Positions 54,358 to 62,761 of a DNA stretch of 64,000 bases are shown in pieces. Numbering within the stretch: the first letter of the stretch is position 1; every line of letters starts with the position of its first letter. Both the position numbers and the translations under genes were made by a program. The stretch lies in IMG/VR virus record IMGVR_UViG_3300034031_000046, positions 1 to 64,000 of that record; one strand, written 5' to 3'. Source of the DNA: a virus. Under the pieces are notes generated by a model. The model worked only from the letters and a program-made list of their open reading frames with translations. It made no database searches and was not told the origin of the DNA.

Positions 54358-54550
54358 TGGCCTTCTCCTCAAGTTTTTCTTGGGCGAGCGTGGTGATGCG
54401 CTCCCAGATTTTCGCGCCGAAGATGCTGGTCGCGCGCTGGCGCTTCACAGCATCTTCGAAGGACAAACCGTTCTGACGCACCGACCAGAGAATGCTCTGG
54501 ACGTGCTGCTCGATTTTTACTTCCGTCGCTTTTTGCATATCGTCTCGCAT
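54350..54550 (-). CDS. hypothetical small protein
   Basis: First gene after promoter element C. Start MRDDMQK with GGGGGA upstream. Confidence 0.5.
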   Translation of the reverse strand: MRDDMQKATEVKIEQHVQSILWSVRQNGLSFEDAVKRQRATSIFGAKIWERITTLAQEKLEEKANV

Positions 54551-54571
54551 GATTCCCCCTGTAAATTCATC

Positions 54572-54600
54572 GGTACGTAGATCGGCGGGCATTTTGACAA
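54572..54600 (-). promoter_or_regulatory. leftward promoter-like element C
   Basis: 21 nt upstream of the ATG at 54550. Near-identical to B and D, including the flanking CGATGAA. Confidence 0.6.
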
Positions 54601-54612
54601 CGGGCGGTATTG

Positions 54613-55434
54613 CTAAAGCATCGGAGGCCGCTGCGTCGGGAAGTTCAGGCGATCAAGCAGCGCCGTGAGTCCTTCGGTCGTGGCGAAGCAAATCCCCTCG
54701 TGTTCTTTCTGTCCTGCGTTCGCGGTTTCCCATCCCTGCGCGCGAAGCGGGTGATAGTAGAGGCCGAGGCGGTCCGGTGAGGGTGGGACATAGCGCGTTA
54801 CGATACGCCCGTTCCAGTGCCAGAAGTCTTTGCCCCAGTGCCACAGCAACTCGTTGTCTCCGCGCGTGCACAGATCGGACGGCTGGCGCAGGAACCAGTG
54901 GTAGCGATGGTCTTTGGTGAGCGAGGTGTACCAGTCGCTATACCACGTCACGGTCGTGATGCTGGGCACCACGTCAATCGAGCGCAGATGGAATACGGTC
55001 TTGAGCAGATGGGACACGGCATCGAGCACACCCTCTTTTCCCATCCTCCCGCAGGAGAAAGATTCGACCGGCTCTTCATCGATGATAACCAGCCATTCGT
55101 CGCCGCCTTCCACCTGGTCGATGAAGCAGACGTTGCGCCAGTAGAACGGCTGTCCCACGCACCAGTAGGGGCTCTGGAGAATCCGGTCCACCATCAGGCC
55201 GATATCTGTGTACTCCGCGTTGCGAAACGAGTCCCGCGTGAACGGTGGGTCGCTAGCCTTACGAATCGATGGTTTGCTCATGCCGATGCGGAACCACGCT
55301 TCGACCAACTCGGAGCGACGGTTGGAAGAGGGTGTTTCGGTATCGGGGACAGACGCCAGAACCGGGGCCGTTACCGACGCTGCAGGCGCTGTTGGAGCGA
55401 GGTCATTTTTCAGTTGGGCAATTGATGTAATCAT
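54613..55434 (-). CDS. hypothetical Trp-rich protein
   Basis: First gene after promoter element D. AAGGAG 8 nt before the ATG (MITSIAQ). Confidence 0.55.
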   Translation of the reverse strand: MITSIAQLKNDLAPTAPAASVTAPVLASVPDTETPSSNRRSELVEAWFRIGMSKPSIRKASDPPFTRDSFRNAEYTDIGLMVDRILQSPYWCVGQPFYWRNVCFIDQVEGGDEWLVIIDEEPVESFSCGRMGKEGVLDAVSHLLKTVFHLRSIDVVPSITTVTWYSDWYTSLTKDHRYHWFLRQPSDLCTRGDNELLWHWGKDFWHWNGRIVTRYVPPSPDRLGLYYHPLRAQGWETANAGQKEHEGICFATTEGLTALLDRLNFPTQRPPML

Positions 55435-55462
55435 TGAAATTGTCTCCTTGGTTTTCTTCATC

Positions 55463-55491
55463 GGTACGTAGGAAGGCGGGCATTTTGACAA
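55463..55491 (-). promoter_or_regulatory. leftward promoter-like element D
   Basis: 28 nt upstream of the ATG at 55434. Divergent from the rightward consensus promoter at 55508. Confidence 0.6.
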
Positions 55492-55507
55492 AGCGCGAAA
55501 AAATTGC

Positions 55508-55536
55508 TTGACAGCACGCGAGGCCGCCTCTATAAT
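55508..55536 (+). promoter_or_regulatory. sigma-70 consensus promoter TTGACA-17-TATAAT
   Basis: Perfect -35 and -10 hexamers with a 17-nt spacer, in the divergent control region. Confidence 0.75.
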
Positions 55537-55542
55537 TGAAGA

Positions 55543-55698
55543 CGTATAGCAAGCGCGTATAGCTGTTTTAATCGATTTCGTTTCACCTCGTCGTTACTCC
55601 ATTCAGGTCAAGGCATCATGAAATTTTAATTTTCAACTCGTAATTGCATAATTGGCCCGCCGCCGCCCTTTCACTTCGAAGGGGCGGTTTTTTGTTTT
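55543..55698 (+). ncRNA. candidate short leader / small RNA (about 155 nt) from the consensus promoter to the terminator
   Basis: No ORF above 3 codons with an RBS. More AT-rich than its surroundings. Bounded by the promoter at 55508 and the hairpin plus T-run at 55663-55698. Confidence 0.45.
55663..55698 (+). terminator. rho-independent terminator
   Basis: CCGCCCTT..AAGGGGCGG stem followed by TTTTTTGTTTT. Confidence 0.75.
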
Positions 55699-55707
55699 CC
55701 AGTTGTT

Positions 55708-55723
55708 GTGCACTGCGGTGCAC
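55708..55723. promoter_or_regulatory. GTGCACTGCGGTGCAC 16-mer
   Basis: Exact copy 10 nt after the leader terminator and upstream of the late structural genes. Flanks extend the symmetry (GTTGTGCAC..GTGCACACAAC). Confidence 0.75.
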
Positions 55724-55988
55724 ACAACGCCCGACAAACCGGCGAGGCCACGGGTACAGGCTGCGGGGCCAACGACCTTCTCGTGCTGAACAGCACTCCA
55801 AGGGTTCGGGCCGACGTTCAAATGGTGGGACCTATATTCCATTGGTTTGAACACCGCACTGGGAACGGTTGATGCTGACCGTTCCCATGAGAGCAAAACC
55901 CACCGCTGAAAGAGGCGCTTTTGCGAGCGTCCTTTCGTCGGTGGGTTTCTTTTTGAAGTAGGGGCGGGCACAGCCCGCCGGGTGCATC

Positions 55989-56918
55989 ATGAACGCAAAA
56001 GACGGCGTTCTTCAGGCTTTCGAATGGTTCGTTCCTATCGTGAAAAGCGAGCCCATCGGTGACGATGGGCGCGGCCCCATTCGCGTCTATGGCGTGTTCA
56101 CCGACGAGAGCGCCGATCTGGAGAACGACATCGTTAAAGCGGCAACCAACCCGAATGCGTTTCAATGCGCGCGGCACGGTCAGATGCGCTTCAACTACAA
56201 CCATCGCAACAAGATCGTCGGTGATGTGCACGCGGTGCGCTTTTTGACGAACGCGGCAGCGCAGCGCAAGTACGGTCACTTCGGCAAAACGTTCAAGGGC
56301 ATCGTCGGCGAGGTCGAGGGTATTGTTCATCCTCTCACCGAGGAAGCGTCCGAGGACCTCAAGGATGTTCGCCACTTGCTCAAGTGCCAGCGCGAGGTCG
56401 GGACCGCCGTCGGGTTCTCCCTTCAGGGCAAGGCACGCACACAGTCGCACCCGACGCAGCCGGGCTATCGCCTCGCCTATCCCACGTTCGTGCCCCTGAT
56501 TTCGATCGCTCCTGTTCCCAAAAACATGAACACCGTCTGTCTGGCGAAGGGTATCGACCTCAGTCAGATGGAGGATCAATCGATTCTGGAACTCGACAGC
56601 GGACCGGGAGAGATGGACGGCAACGGCGATCTTCCCGCGATTCTCTGGGTCGCGAAAGCGATGGACGTATCGGGCATCAAGGCCGATGGCGGCGTCACGG
56701 GCGGCGATTCCCTCAAGCTCGAATCGAGTGGGAGCGGGGTCGTAAACGCAGTGCGCGATGGCGGACATCTTCGCTCCTGCGCGCGCTGTGGTGTGCCGCT
56801 CGATCACAAACACAAGCATTGCCACCAGTGTGGCGAACGCTATCAATCGTCGGCGGAACTCCTGCGCACAATCGCAGGCGCTGCCAATGCCCGTACCCGG
56901 TGTGAATGCCGGAGTTAG
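55989..56918 (+). CDS. prohead serine protease (HK97/S78-like) with C-terminal zinc ribbon
   Basis: IRVYGVFTDESADLENDIV, FNYNHRNKIVGDV and VGFSLQGK resemble the His and Ser blocks of S78 proteases. Followed by scaffold and capsid genes. CARC..CHQC tail. Confidence 0.55.
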   Translation: MNAKDGVLQAFEWFVPIVKSEPIGDDGRGPIRVYGVFTDESADLENDIVKAATNPNAFQCARHGQMRFNYNHRNKIVGDVHAVRFLTNAAAQRKYGHFGKTFKGIVGEVEGIVHPLTEEASEDLKDVRHLLKCQREVGTAVGFSLQGKARTQSHPTQPGYRLAYPTFVPLISIAPVPKNMNTVCLAKGIDLSQMEDQSILELDSGPGEMDGNGDLPAILWVAKAMDVSGIKADGGVTGGDSLKLESSGSGVVNAVRDGGHLRSCARCGVPLDHKHKHCHQCGERYQSSAELLRTIAGAANARTRCECRS

Positions 56919-57020
56919 AGCAGGACTGAATTTGTATCCAGAGCGCGCTGAGTGCTGTTCGTCGCAAGGCGGAGAGAGAGCAGTGGCCGCTTGAAGATAA
57001 AAACGCAAGGAGGCAAATCT

Positions 57021-58097
57021 ATGCCAAACGAATTACAGAATGGCGGAGCGGATAATTCATTCGATCTCGACCAATGGGAAAAGGAAGCGGACGCCATCAC
57101 CGACCCGGCAGCGCGCAGCCTGTTCCAGAAGGGCGTCGATCTGGTGAAGGGCTTCGTCTCGAAGGCTGATAAAACCAAGTCTGCCAACGCCAGCGAAGAG
57201 GAGGACAAGTCCAAGAAGTCCAAAAAGGATGACGAGGACGAAGAAGGCACCGGCGACGGTGACGCCACTCCTCTGCCTGCCGATACCACCGAGGGCGATG
57301 GTGACGGTGACGGGGAAGTCGATGGTGATGAAGGTGACGGCGATGGCGATGGCGAGCCAGACGACGATGAAGAGTTGTCGGATGAAGCGCCCCCCCCACG
57401 CAACATCAAGAAGGGTCACGATCTTGATGAAAACGATGTGGACAGCCTTCTCGCTGACGACCTCGATCTCAGCGATGATGACTTTCTTCCACAGGAAGCG
57501 ATCAACGTCACCGAGCTCGTCAAAAGCGTCGAGCTTCATCTGGTCCAGTCACAAGAACGCGAGGGCCGCCTCGAAGCGGCGCTGGGCGAAGCGCTCAAGG
57601 CCAATGCGCAGATCATGGAGCAAAACGCCACGTTGCTCAAGTCCTTCGATCTCTTCAACGGCGAAATGACCGAAATCAAAAAATCGGTCGGTGAGCAGCT
57701 TGAACTGCTCCAGGAAGAGGTCACTCTGAACAAAGCATTCGGCGACAAGATCGAAACGCTCAGCATGACCCCGCACCCGTTCGGCACGCCGCGCGGCAAA
57801 GGGAAAGGCGAGCATCTCCTGAGCAAGGGCGTGGACGAGAACTTCGAACCACCGTCCAACGGAGGCGGTTCGGGCAGCATGGGCGGCCTCAACTTCAAGC
57901 GCCGTCACGGCCTGACGGACGGACAGTTCGTCACGGGACTGGGTGCCTATGTCCGTGACAATCCGCACAACGACCTCGGCCTGAGTTCCGACACGCTGAT
58001 GAAGGCGGTGGCACTCGCACCCGAAGAGCGCGGCGAACAAATGTATAAAGCGGCGTGTATCGGTCTGGGTATCGGTTTCGTTGCTGAAAACGAATAA
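57021..58097 (+). CDS. scaffolding protein (putative)
   Basis: AAGGAGG RBS. Acidic (DGDGDGE) low-complexity region plus a coiled-coil segment. Lies between protease and capsid genes. Confidence 0.55.
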   Translation: MPNELQNGGADNSFDLDQWEKEADAITDPAARSLFQKGVDLVKGFVSKADKTKSANASEEEDKSKKSKKDDEDEEGTGDGDATPLPADTTEGDGDGDGEVDGDEGDGDGDGEPDDDEELSDEAPPPRNIKKGHDLDENDVDSLLADDLDLSDDDFLPQEAINVTELVKSVELHLVQSQEREGRLEAALGEALKANAQIMEQNATLLKSFDLFNGEMTEIKKSVGEQLELLQEEVTLNKAFGDKIETLSMTPHPFGTPRGKGKGEHLLSKGVDENFEPPSNGGGSGSMGGLNFKRRHGLTDGQFVTGLGAYVRDNPHNDLGLSSDTLMKAVALAPEERGEQMYKAACIGLGIGFVAENE

Positions 58098-58233
58098 CGC
58101 CACGCGCTCGCGCTAAATCACGCACTCGCGGCAGCACCAGCCATTCTGGTGTTGCCCTCTTTTCATCCTCCAACGCTCCACCTCCCACCTATGAACCTCT
58201 CGAAGAAAAAAAGTAACCCCGGAGGATGAACCA

Positions 58234-59766
58234 ATGTCGAATCCCGTAGCAATTGGATTAGAACACTTTGTCGAGGAGTACCTGCTCGACCCCGAGATCG
58301 CCGACCACGGCGATCGCGCACTTGAAGTTATCGAACGTCGCCTGCAGCGCCACGCTGGCGGAGGTATCGCCGAAATCGCGAAAGCGATGGACATTTCGGG
58401 CGTAAAAGCGGATGGCGGAGTTACTGGAGCCGACGCCCTCAAATTGGAGGATTTGCTCCCCGTCGTAACCAGCGCCACAATTTCCGCGCAGGACTTTGCG
58501 CCCGCATGGAATAAAGTCAACAAGCGCGCGGCCACCTCGGACCGCGTGGAACACACGCTCATCACCGACCTCGGTGGCGAACCCGGTCTTGGCTTCGTGA
58601 ACCCCGGCTCACTCAGCGGTGACGGCGAAGACAACGATCCCGACTTGGAACGCGTTCACCAGAACATCCGCTGGTACGGACATCCTTACAGCACCTCGCT
58701 GCCCGCGACTCTGGTCACGGCGCAGACGATGTCGGGTAAGGCAGTTGCCGGTGGTGTTGACCGCATCAACGAATACGCGGCGCTCAACCAGACGATTATC
58801 GATCTGAACATCCAGCATTGGCATGGCAACAACAGCATCACCAAGCTGGAAGCGGATGGCTTTCTTGCCCAGACGCGCGCCAAGCACGATCGCCACAACA
58901 AGATTTTGCGCTTCAACTGCAACGGCAAGCCGCTGGACTTGAAGAACCTTCCTGACATCGCCGCGATGAACTATGAAAATGGTGCCGTTGCGACCGATTT
59001 CTGGTGGGGGCCAAAGGTTCTTGCGGACATTGAAAAGTCCCTGTTGCCACATGGCCGCTTGAACATGGGCGAGGAAACCGACCTGCTCAACATGCCGGAG
59101 AACTTCCTCGTGAAGAAACTCGGCGGGCAGACCGGTCGCGTGAAAACCAATCGCGACTTGCACCTCGACCCGTACTTGAAGCGTCCGCGCTCGGCGCCTT
59201 CGCGCGCCAACGCTCCGACCAAGCCGTCGGCGGTCGTCGCTTCGTTGGAAGCCGATAACACCGGTAACGTCCTCGATGGCAACAAGCTCAAGGCGGATGG
59301 CCCGTACTACTACTCGGTGCAGGCCGTCGGTGTGAAGGGCCGCAGTGATGCGCGCGTTTCCGCCGGGTCGGTGAGCCCCAACGGCAGCCAGAAGGCCAAG
59401 CTGGTTATCACCAACGCGCACGCTTCGACCCTGCGCTTCGAAATCTTCCGTGGCCCCACGGCAGACATCGCGACGCACAAGTATCTGACTGCGGTCACGG
59501 CCAACGGCATCGCCAATGGCGCGGACCAGACGTTCTACGACGACGGTGAATTCATTCCCGGTTGCTCGACGGGCGTTTTGATGTGCAACACGCAGCAGCC
59601 GGACGGCACGGGCCTGTGGCTCGCTCGCCAGTTGCTGCCGATCTCGCGTTACGACTTGCCTCGTTACGTGTTCAACTTCCCGTCGATCTGGCTCGCGGGC
59701 GTGTGCTTCCAGTTGCGCGCTCCGCAGTTCCAGATCATCGTGGAAAACATCGGTCACATCGACTAA
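58234..59766 (+). CDS. major capsid protein (putative)
   Basis: 510 aa with GGAGGA RBS. Follows protease and scaffold and is followed by a strong terminator. Its N-terminal peptide is shared with the protease C-terminus. Confidence 0.65.
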   Translation: MSNPVAIGLEHFVEEYLLDPEIADHGDRALEVIERRLQRHAGGGIAEIAKAMDISGVKADGGVTGADALKLEDLLPVVTSATISAQDFAPAWNKVNKRAATSDRVEHTLITDLGGEPGLGFVNPGSLSGDGEDNDPDLERVHQNIRWYGHPYSTSLPATLVTAQTMSGKAVAGGVDRINEYAALNQTIIDLNIQHWHGNNSITKLEADGFLAQTRAKHDRHNKILRFNCNGKPLDLKNLPDIAAMNYENGAVATDFWWGPKVLADIEKSLLPHGRLNMGEETDLLNMPENFLVKKLGGQTGRVKTNRDLHLDPYLKRPRSAPSRANAPTKPSAVVASLEADNTGNVLDGNKLKADGPYYYSVQAVGVKGRSDARVSAGSVSPNGSQKAKLVITNAHASTLRFEIFRGPTADIATHKYLTAVTANGIANGADQTFYDDGEFIPGCSTGVLMCNTQQPDGTGLWLARQLLPISRYDLPRYVFNFPSIWLAGVCFQLRAPQFQIIVENIGHID

Positions 59767-59794
59767 TTCTCGGCGTGAACGGTTAAAGTAATTC

Positions 59795-59828
59795 AAAACA
59801 TTGGCTTTCTTCGGAGAGCCAATGTTTT
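59795..59828 (+). terminator. rho-independent terminator after the capsid gene
   Basis: 15-bp stem (one mismatch) with a TTCG tetraloop, ending in TTTT. Confidence 0.8.
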
Positions 59829-59847
59829 GCCTTAAAAGGTGATTTCA

Positions 59848-60165
59848 GTGGACCAACTCGTTTATAATGCGCTCAACACCGCAGCGCCCGGCCTCCCCGA
59901 CGGACAGCAACTGGGCGATTTGATTGCCGCACTGCAAGCAGGACCGGTTACCAAAATTGTGGCCGGCGCGGCGGCTGGCAATGTGGCCGTCGCCGGTATT
60001 GCCGTCGGCGACAAGCTCGTTTCCGTGCTCTATCATTCGGCGGATGACATCGTCGATTTGACGAGCCAGTTTTCGGTTACGGCCGTAAATACGATCAACA
60101 ACACGGGCGGCACGGTAAGCACCGGTGGCAAGCTCATCGTGATTTTCAACGATCTGACGTTCTAG
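59848..60165 (+). CDS. hypothetical small structural protein (decoration-like?)
   Basis: GTG 6 nt after AAGGTG. Gly/Ala/Val-rich, 105 aa. Confidence 0.4.
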   Translation: MDQLVYNALNTAAPGLPDGQQLGDLIAALQAGPVTKIVAGAAAGNVAVAGIAVGDKLVSVLYHSADDIVDLTSQFSVTAVNTINNTGGTVSTGGKLIVIFNDLTF

Positions 60166-60183
60166 TCACTAGGACCGTCTTCT

Positions 60184-60218
60184 CGGGAGACGCCAGCCGT
60201 CTCCCGACTTTCATTTTT
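60184..60218 (+). terminator. rho-independent terminator
   Basis: CGGGAGACG/CGTCTCCCG stem, then ACTTTCATTTTT. Confidence 0.6.
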
Positions 60219-60232
60219 AAGAGGAAATCTAA

Positions 60233-61342
60233 ATGTCCCAAAACGATTCAAAGACCACTGATGATACGACAGTCGCCGTTCCGGCCTCTCATGTTTTTAT
60301 TGAAATCCGCCACGAGAGTCTGCGTGATGAATCCACGAACTTTGCGTCCGGGGAAGCCTATTTCAACCGCGACGGAATTGCTTATGTTTCTCTGGCGATT
60401 GCGATGGATGCGAAGGATGTTCCGCAAATCCGCATCGACGCTTCCAATCGCGAGATTATGGCTCAGCATGCCGAAGTTTTAGCGCCTGTCCCGAATGGAC
60501 ACTATGAGGCGGGACGACGGGTCATTATCAAGTTGCCCCCTCAGTCGCGCAAGTACCGCGCGCTCTGCGGACAACTGACCACGGCGCCGGACAATGTTGA
60601 TGTCCAGTTCAACAACCTGTGCTCCGCTGTCGTTGGCGAACGCACCGCGTATGCACTCCAGGGCGCCTATCCTGATTTGATGATCGAAGATTGTGAAGAC
60701 TCGCCCGCGCGCGCTGCCGAAACATCTCTGACCGAGGATTGGATAAACAACCTCTCGGAAGACGAATCGCCGGAAGATGAAGCACCGGAAGAACCAGAGC
60801 CGGCCTCTGGTGCGGACTCGACTGAATCAGTAGAGGACGAACCTGCGCCAACGGAACCTTCGCCTCTCGAACCAACGCCGGAAGTTGAGACGGTAGTCGT
60901 CGCTGACGACGAACAAACCGAGTCCATTGTCCAAGGCGCCGCCGAGCAGGATTCCTCAGAGGTCAAGGTTGTATCCGAGAGCAGCGAAGTCGAAGCACCG
61001 GTGACCGGCGAAAATGAAACGACCGAAGCAAGTGCATCCGTCGATTCATCGGATAACGATTCGTCGGATGAAGCCAACGCCGATAGCGCTGCAACTGGTG
61101 ATGAAAAAACTGCCGACGCTGGAACGAGTGAGGCCGTCGTGGTCGAAACCACAGACGACGAAGTATCCGAAAACAGCACTGCCAGCCAGGACGAAGTCGT
61201 CACTCCTGATGTCGTTCCTCCGGCAGTCGTCACTCCCGAAGTCCCTGCAAAACCGACTACCCCTACGGCTCCGAGAAAAGCAGCGCCAAAGTCAACGACC
61301 GCCAAAACGACCGCGAAGAAAACCACTGCGGCCAAGAAATAA
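60233..61342 (+). CDS. hypothetical protein: folded N-domain, long acidic Ser/Thr/Glu-rich region, basic AKK-type tail
   Basis: AAGAGGAAA RBS. C-terminus KPTTPTAPRKAAPKSTTAKTTAKKTTAAKK. Confidence 0.55.
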   Translation: MSQNDSKTTDDTTVAVPASHVFIEIRHESLRDESTNFASGEAYFNRDGIAYVSLAIAMDAKDVPQIRIDASNREIMAQHAEVLAPVPNGHYEAGRRVIIKLPPQSRKYRALCGQLTTAPDNVDVQFNNLCSAVVGERTAYALQGAYPDLMIEDCEDSPARAAETSLTEDWINNLSEDESPEDEAPEEPEPASGADSTESVEDEPAPTEPSPLEPTPEVETVVVADDEQTESIVQGAAEQDSSEVKVVSESSEVEAPVTGENETTEASASVDSSDNDSSDEANADSAATGDEKTADAGTSEAVVVETTDDEVSENSTASQDEVVTPDVVPPAVVTPEVPAKPTTPTAPRKAAPKSTTAKTTAKKTTAAKK

Positions 61343-61433
61343 GGCGACTACACGTTATTTGTAAAGATACAGCACCGGCTTTGAATCGAGGCCGGTGCCC
61401 CATTCCCATTCCCCTCTCCCGAGGACACCAATC

Positions 61434-61850
61434 ATGAAACCATCTTCACTCTCGCCGACCCCCGCTCCGACTGTCTTTGCCTCACCGCTCTCGGCTGATG
61501 CTGCCGTGCGTCCTACAATGCCCTGCCTCGTGACCGAAATTGTGCAGGGTGGGCAACTCGAACTGGTTCTTGTCGATGACCTGGAACTCACGGCCTTTCT
61601 CGGTGCTGTCGGCTGGAATCGCTTTGATATCCGCATCGACCCGCACCGTCCCGCACGCGACAACTACCCAGAGCGCAACCTGTTCTATTTGATCTGCCCT
61701 TCCGAAGTCACGGAGCCGCTCGCCTTCATTCAGGACTATTACAGCTTCAATGTAGCGCAGCCGCCGCAGCCGCTCGATATCGCCAACGAGCGCAAGAAAA
61801 TCCAGCGTGAGATTCGCGACAACCGTACCCGCCGCGCTGCTCACAACTAA
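61434..61850 (+). CDS. hypothetical protein
   Basis: GAGGA upstream of ATG (MKPSSLS). Confidence 0.5.
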   Translation: MKPSSLSPTPAPTVFASPLSADAAVRPTMPCLVTEIVQGGQLELVLVDDLELTAFLGAVGWNRFDIRIDPHRPARDNYPERNLFYLICPSEVTEPLAFIQDYYSFNVAQPPQPLDIANERKKIQREIRDNRTRRAAHN

Positions 61851-61885
61851 TTTCCGGGCACCTGTCCCGAATCCCCTGAAAAATT

Positions 61886-62761
61886 ATGTGGCCTCTTGTT
61901 ATCACCGTAAAATCCGTCAAGCAGGAACTTTCCGGCAAGCCGGTGATGTCCTATCTTCTCAAGCTCGCCGCTGTGGAAGCGACGACGGCGGAACAAAAGG
62001 TCGCATCCGTCAATACACAGATCGCCGAAGCGATTCAGGAAGCTCAAGGCGACTATGAGACGCTGACGGGAAATTTTCTCACGCAGCGGCGTGTGCGCAC
62101 AATTCCCGTCGAACCGAAAACGGACGGCGAGCCGCAGGTGCCTGGCATTGATTACGACTGGGAAGAGGAAGGCTACAACTATATCCGCGAAGACTGGGAG
62201 CAGGGTTTTGCGGATATCAAAGTGCGTCATCGGCCATTGATCGAAATCGACCGTGTTGTACTGCGATACGGCCAGACCCTTGATGCCGTCAAAGCCCTTA
62301 ACCTGCCGGAACAGTGGCAGATCAAAAATCGCAAACTGGGCATCGTCCATATCGTTCCGATTATCGGTCTGGGGCCGTTTGCCACTTCTTCGTTGACGCT
62401 CCTCGCTGTCGCCGGTGCGAATCTGGCGGGCCACAACAACATTCCCAACATCGTCACCATCGACTATACCGCGGGATTCCTGCCTCGTGATTTCAACGTC
62501 GAAACCGACGATCCCACGACAGCCTGCCGTTTTGAAGACATGCGCCCGATTCTGGCAGCGGTTCGCTTCAACGCTACCGCTCGCGTCCTCACCCGGATGC
62601 AGCGTGCGGTTTCTCTGACTGGCGGCACCATCTCGATTGATGGCGTGTCGCAATCGATACAGCCCGGCTTCTTCGACAGCTACATCAAAACCTACGAAGA
62701 GAAGTTTCAGGCAGCGGTTAATCAAACCAAACGACCCGGCCTGAAATTCACGACGCTTTAA
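61886..62761 (+). CDS. hypothetical structural protein
   Basis: 291-aa ORF in the late block. Confidence 0.55.
   Translation: MWPLVITVKSVKQELSGKPVMSYLLKLAAVEATTAEQKVASVNTQIAEAIQEAQGDYETLTGNFLTQRRVRTIPVEPKTDGEPQVPGIDYDWEEEGYNYIREDWEQGFADIKVRHRPLIEIDRVVLRYGQTLDAVKALNLPEQWQIKNRKLGIVHIVPIIGLGPFATSSLTLLAVAGANLAGHNNIPNIVTIDYTAGFLPRDFNVETDDPTTACRFEDMRPILAAVRFNATARVLTRMQRAVSLTGGTISIDGVSQSIQPGFFDSYIKTYEEKFQAAVNQTKRPGLKFTTL

Noticed and set aside
50154-55491. A conserved peptide SKCP(P/S)xYVP(M/V)KK at the N-termini of ORFs 54613-55491 and 50154-50363, with a related reading at 54592.
   Set aside because: The similarity comes from the conserved DNA promoter-like element, which is read in frame by spurious ORFs. 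The real starts lie downstream, behind Shine-Dalgarno sites.
15-55723. The dispersed repeats considered as a CRISPR array or MITE-like mobile elements.
   Set aside because: The copies are 10-37 nt long and irregularly spaced, kilobases apart. They have no unique spacers, no terminal inverted repeats with target duplications, and no cas or transposase genes.
61373-61399. The hairpin GCACCGGC..GCCGGTGC after gene 60233-61342 considered as a terminator.
   Set aside because: The stem is good, but CCCATTCC follows rather than a T-run. I left it as an unassigned hairpin.
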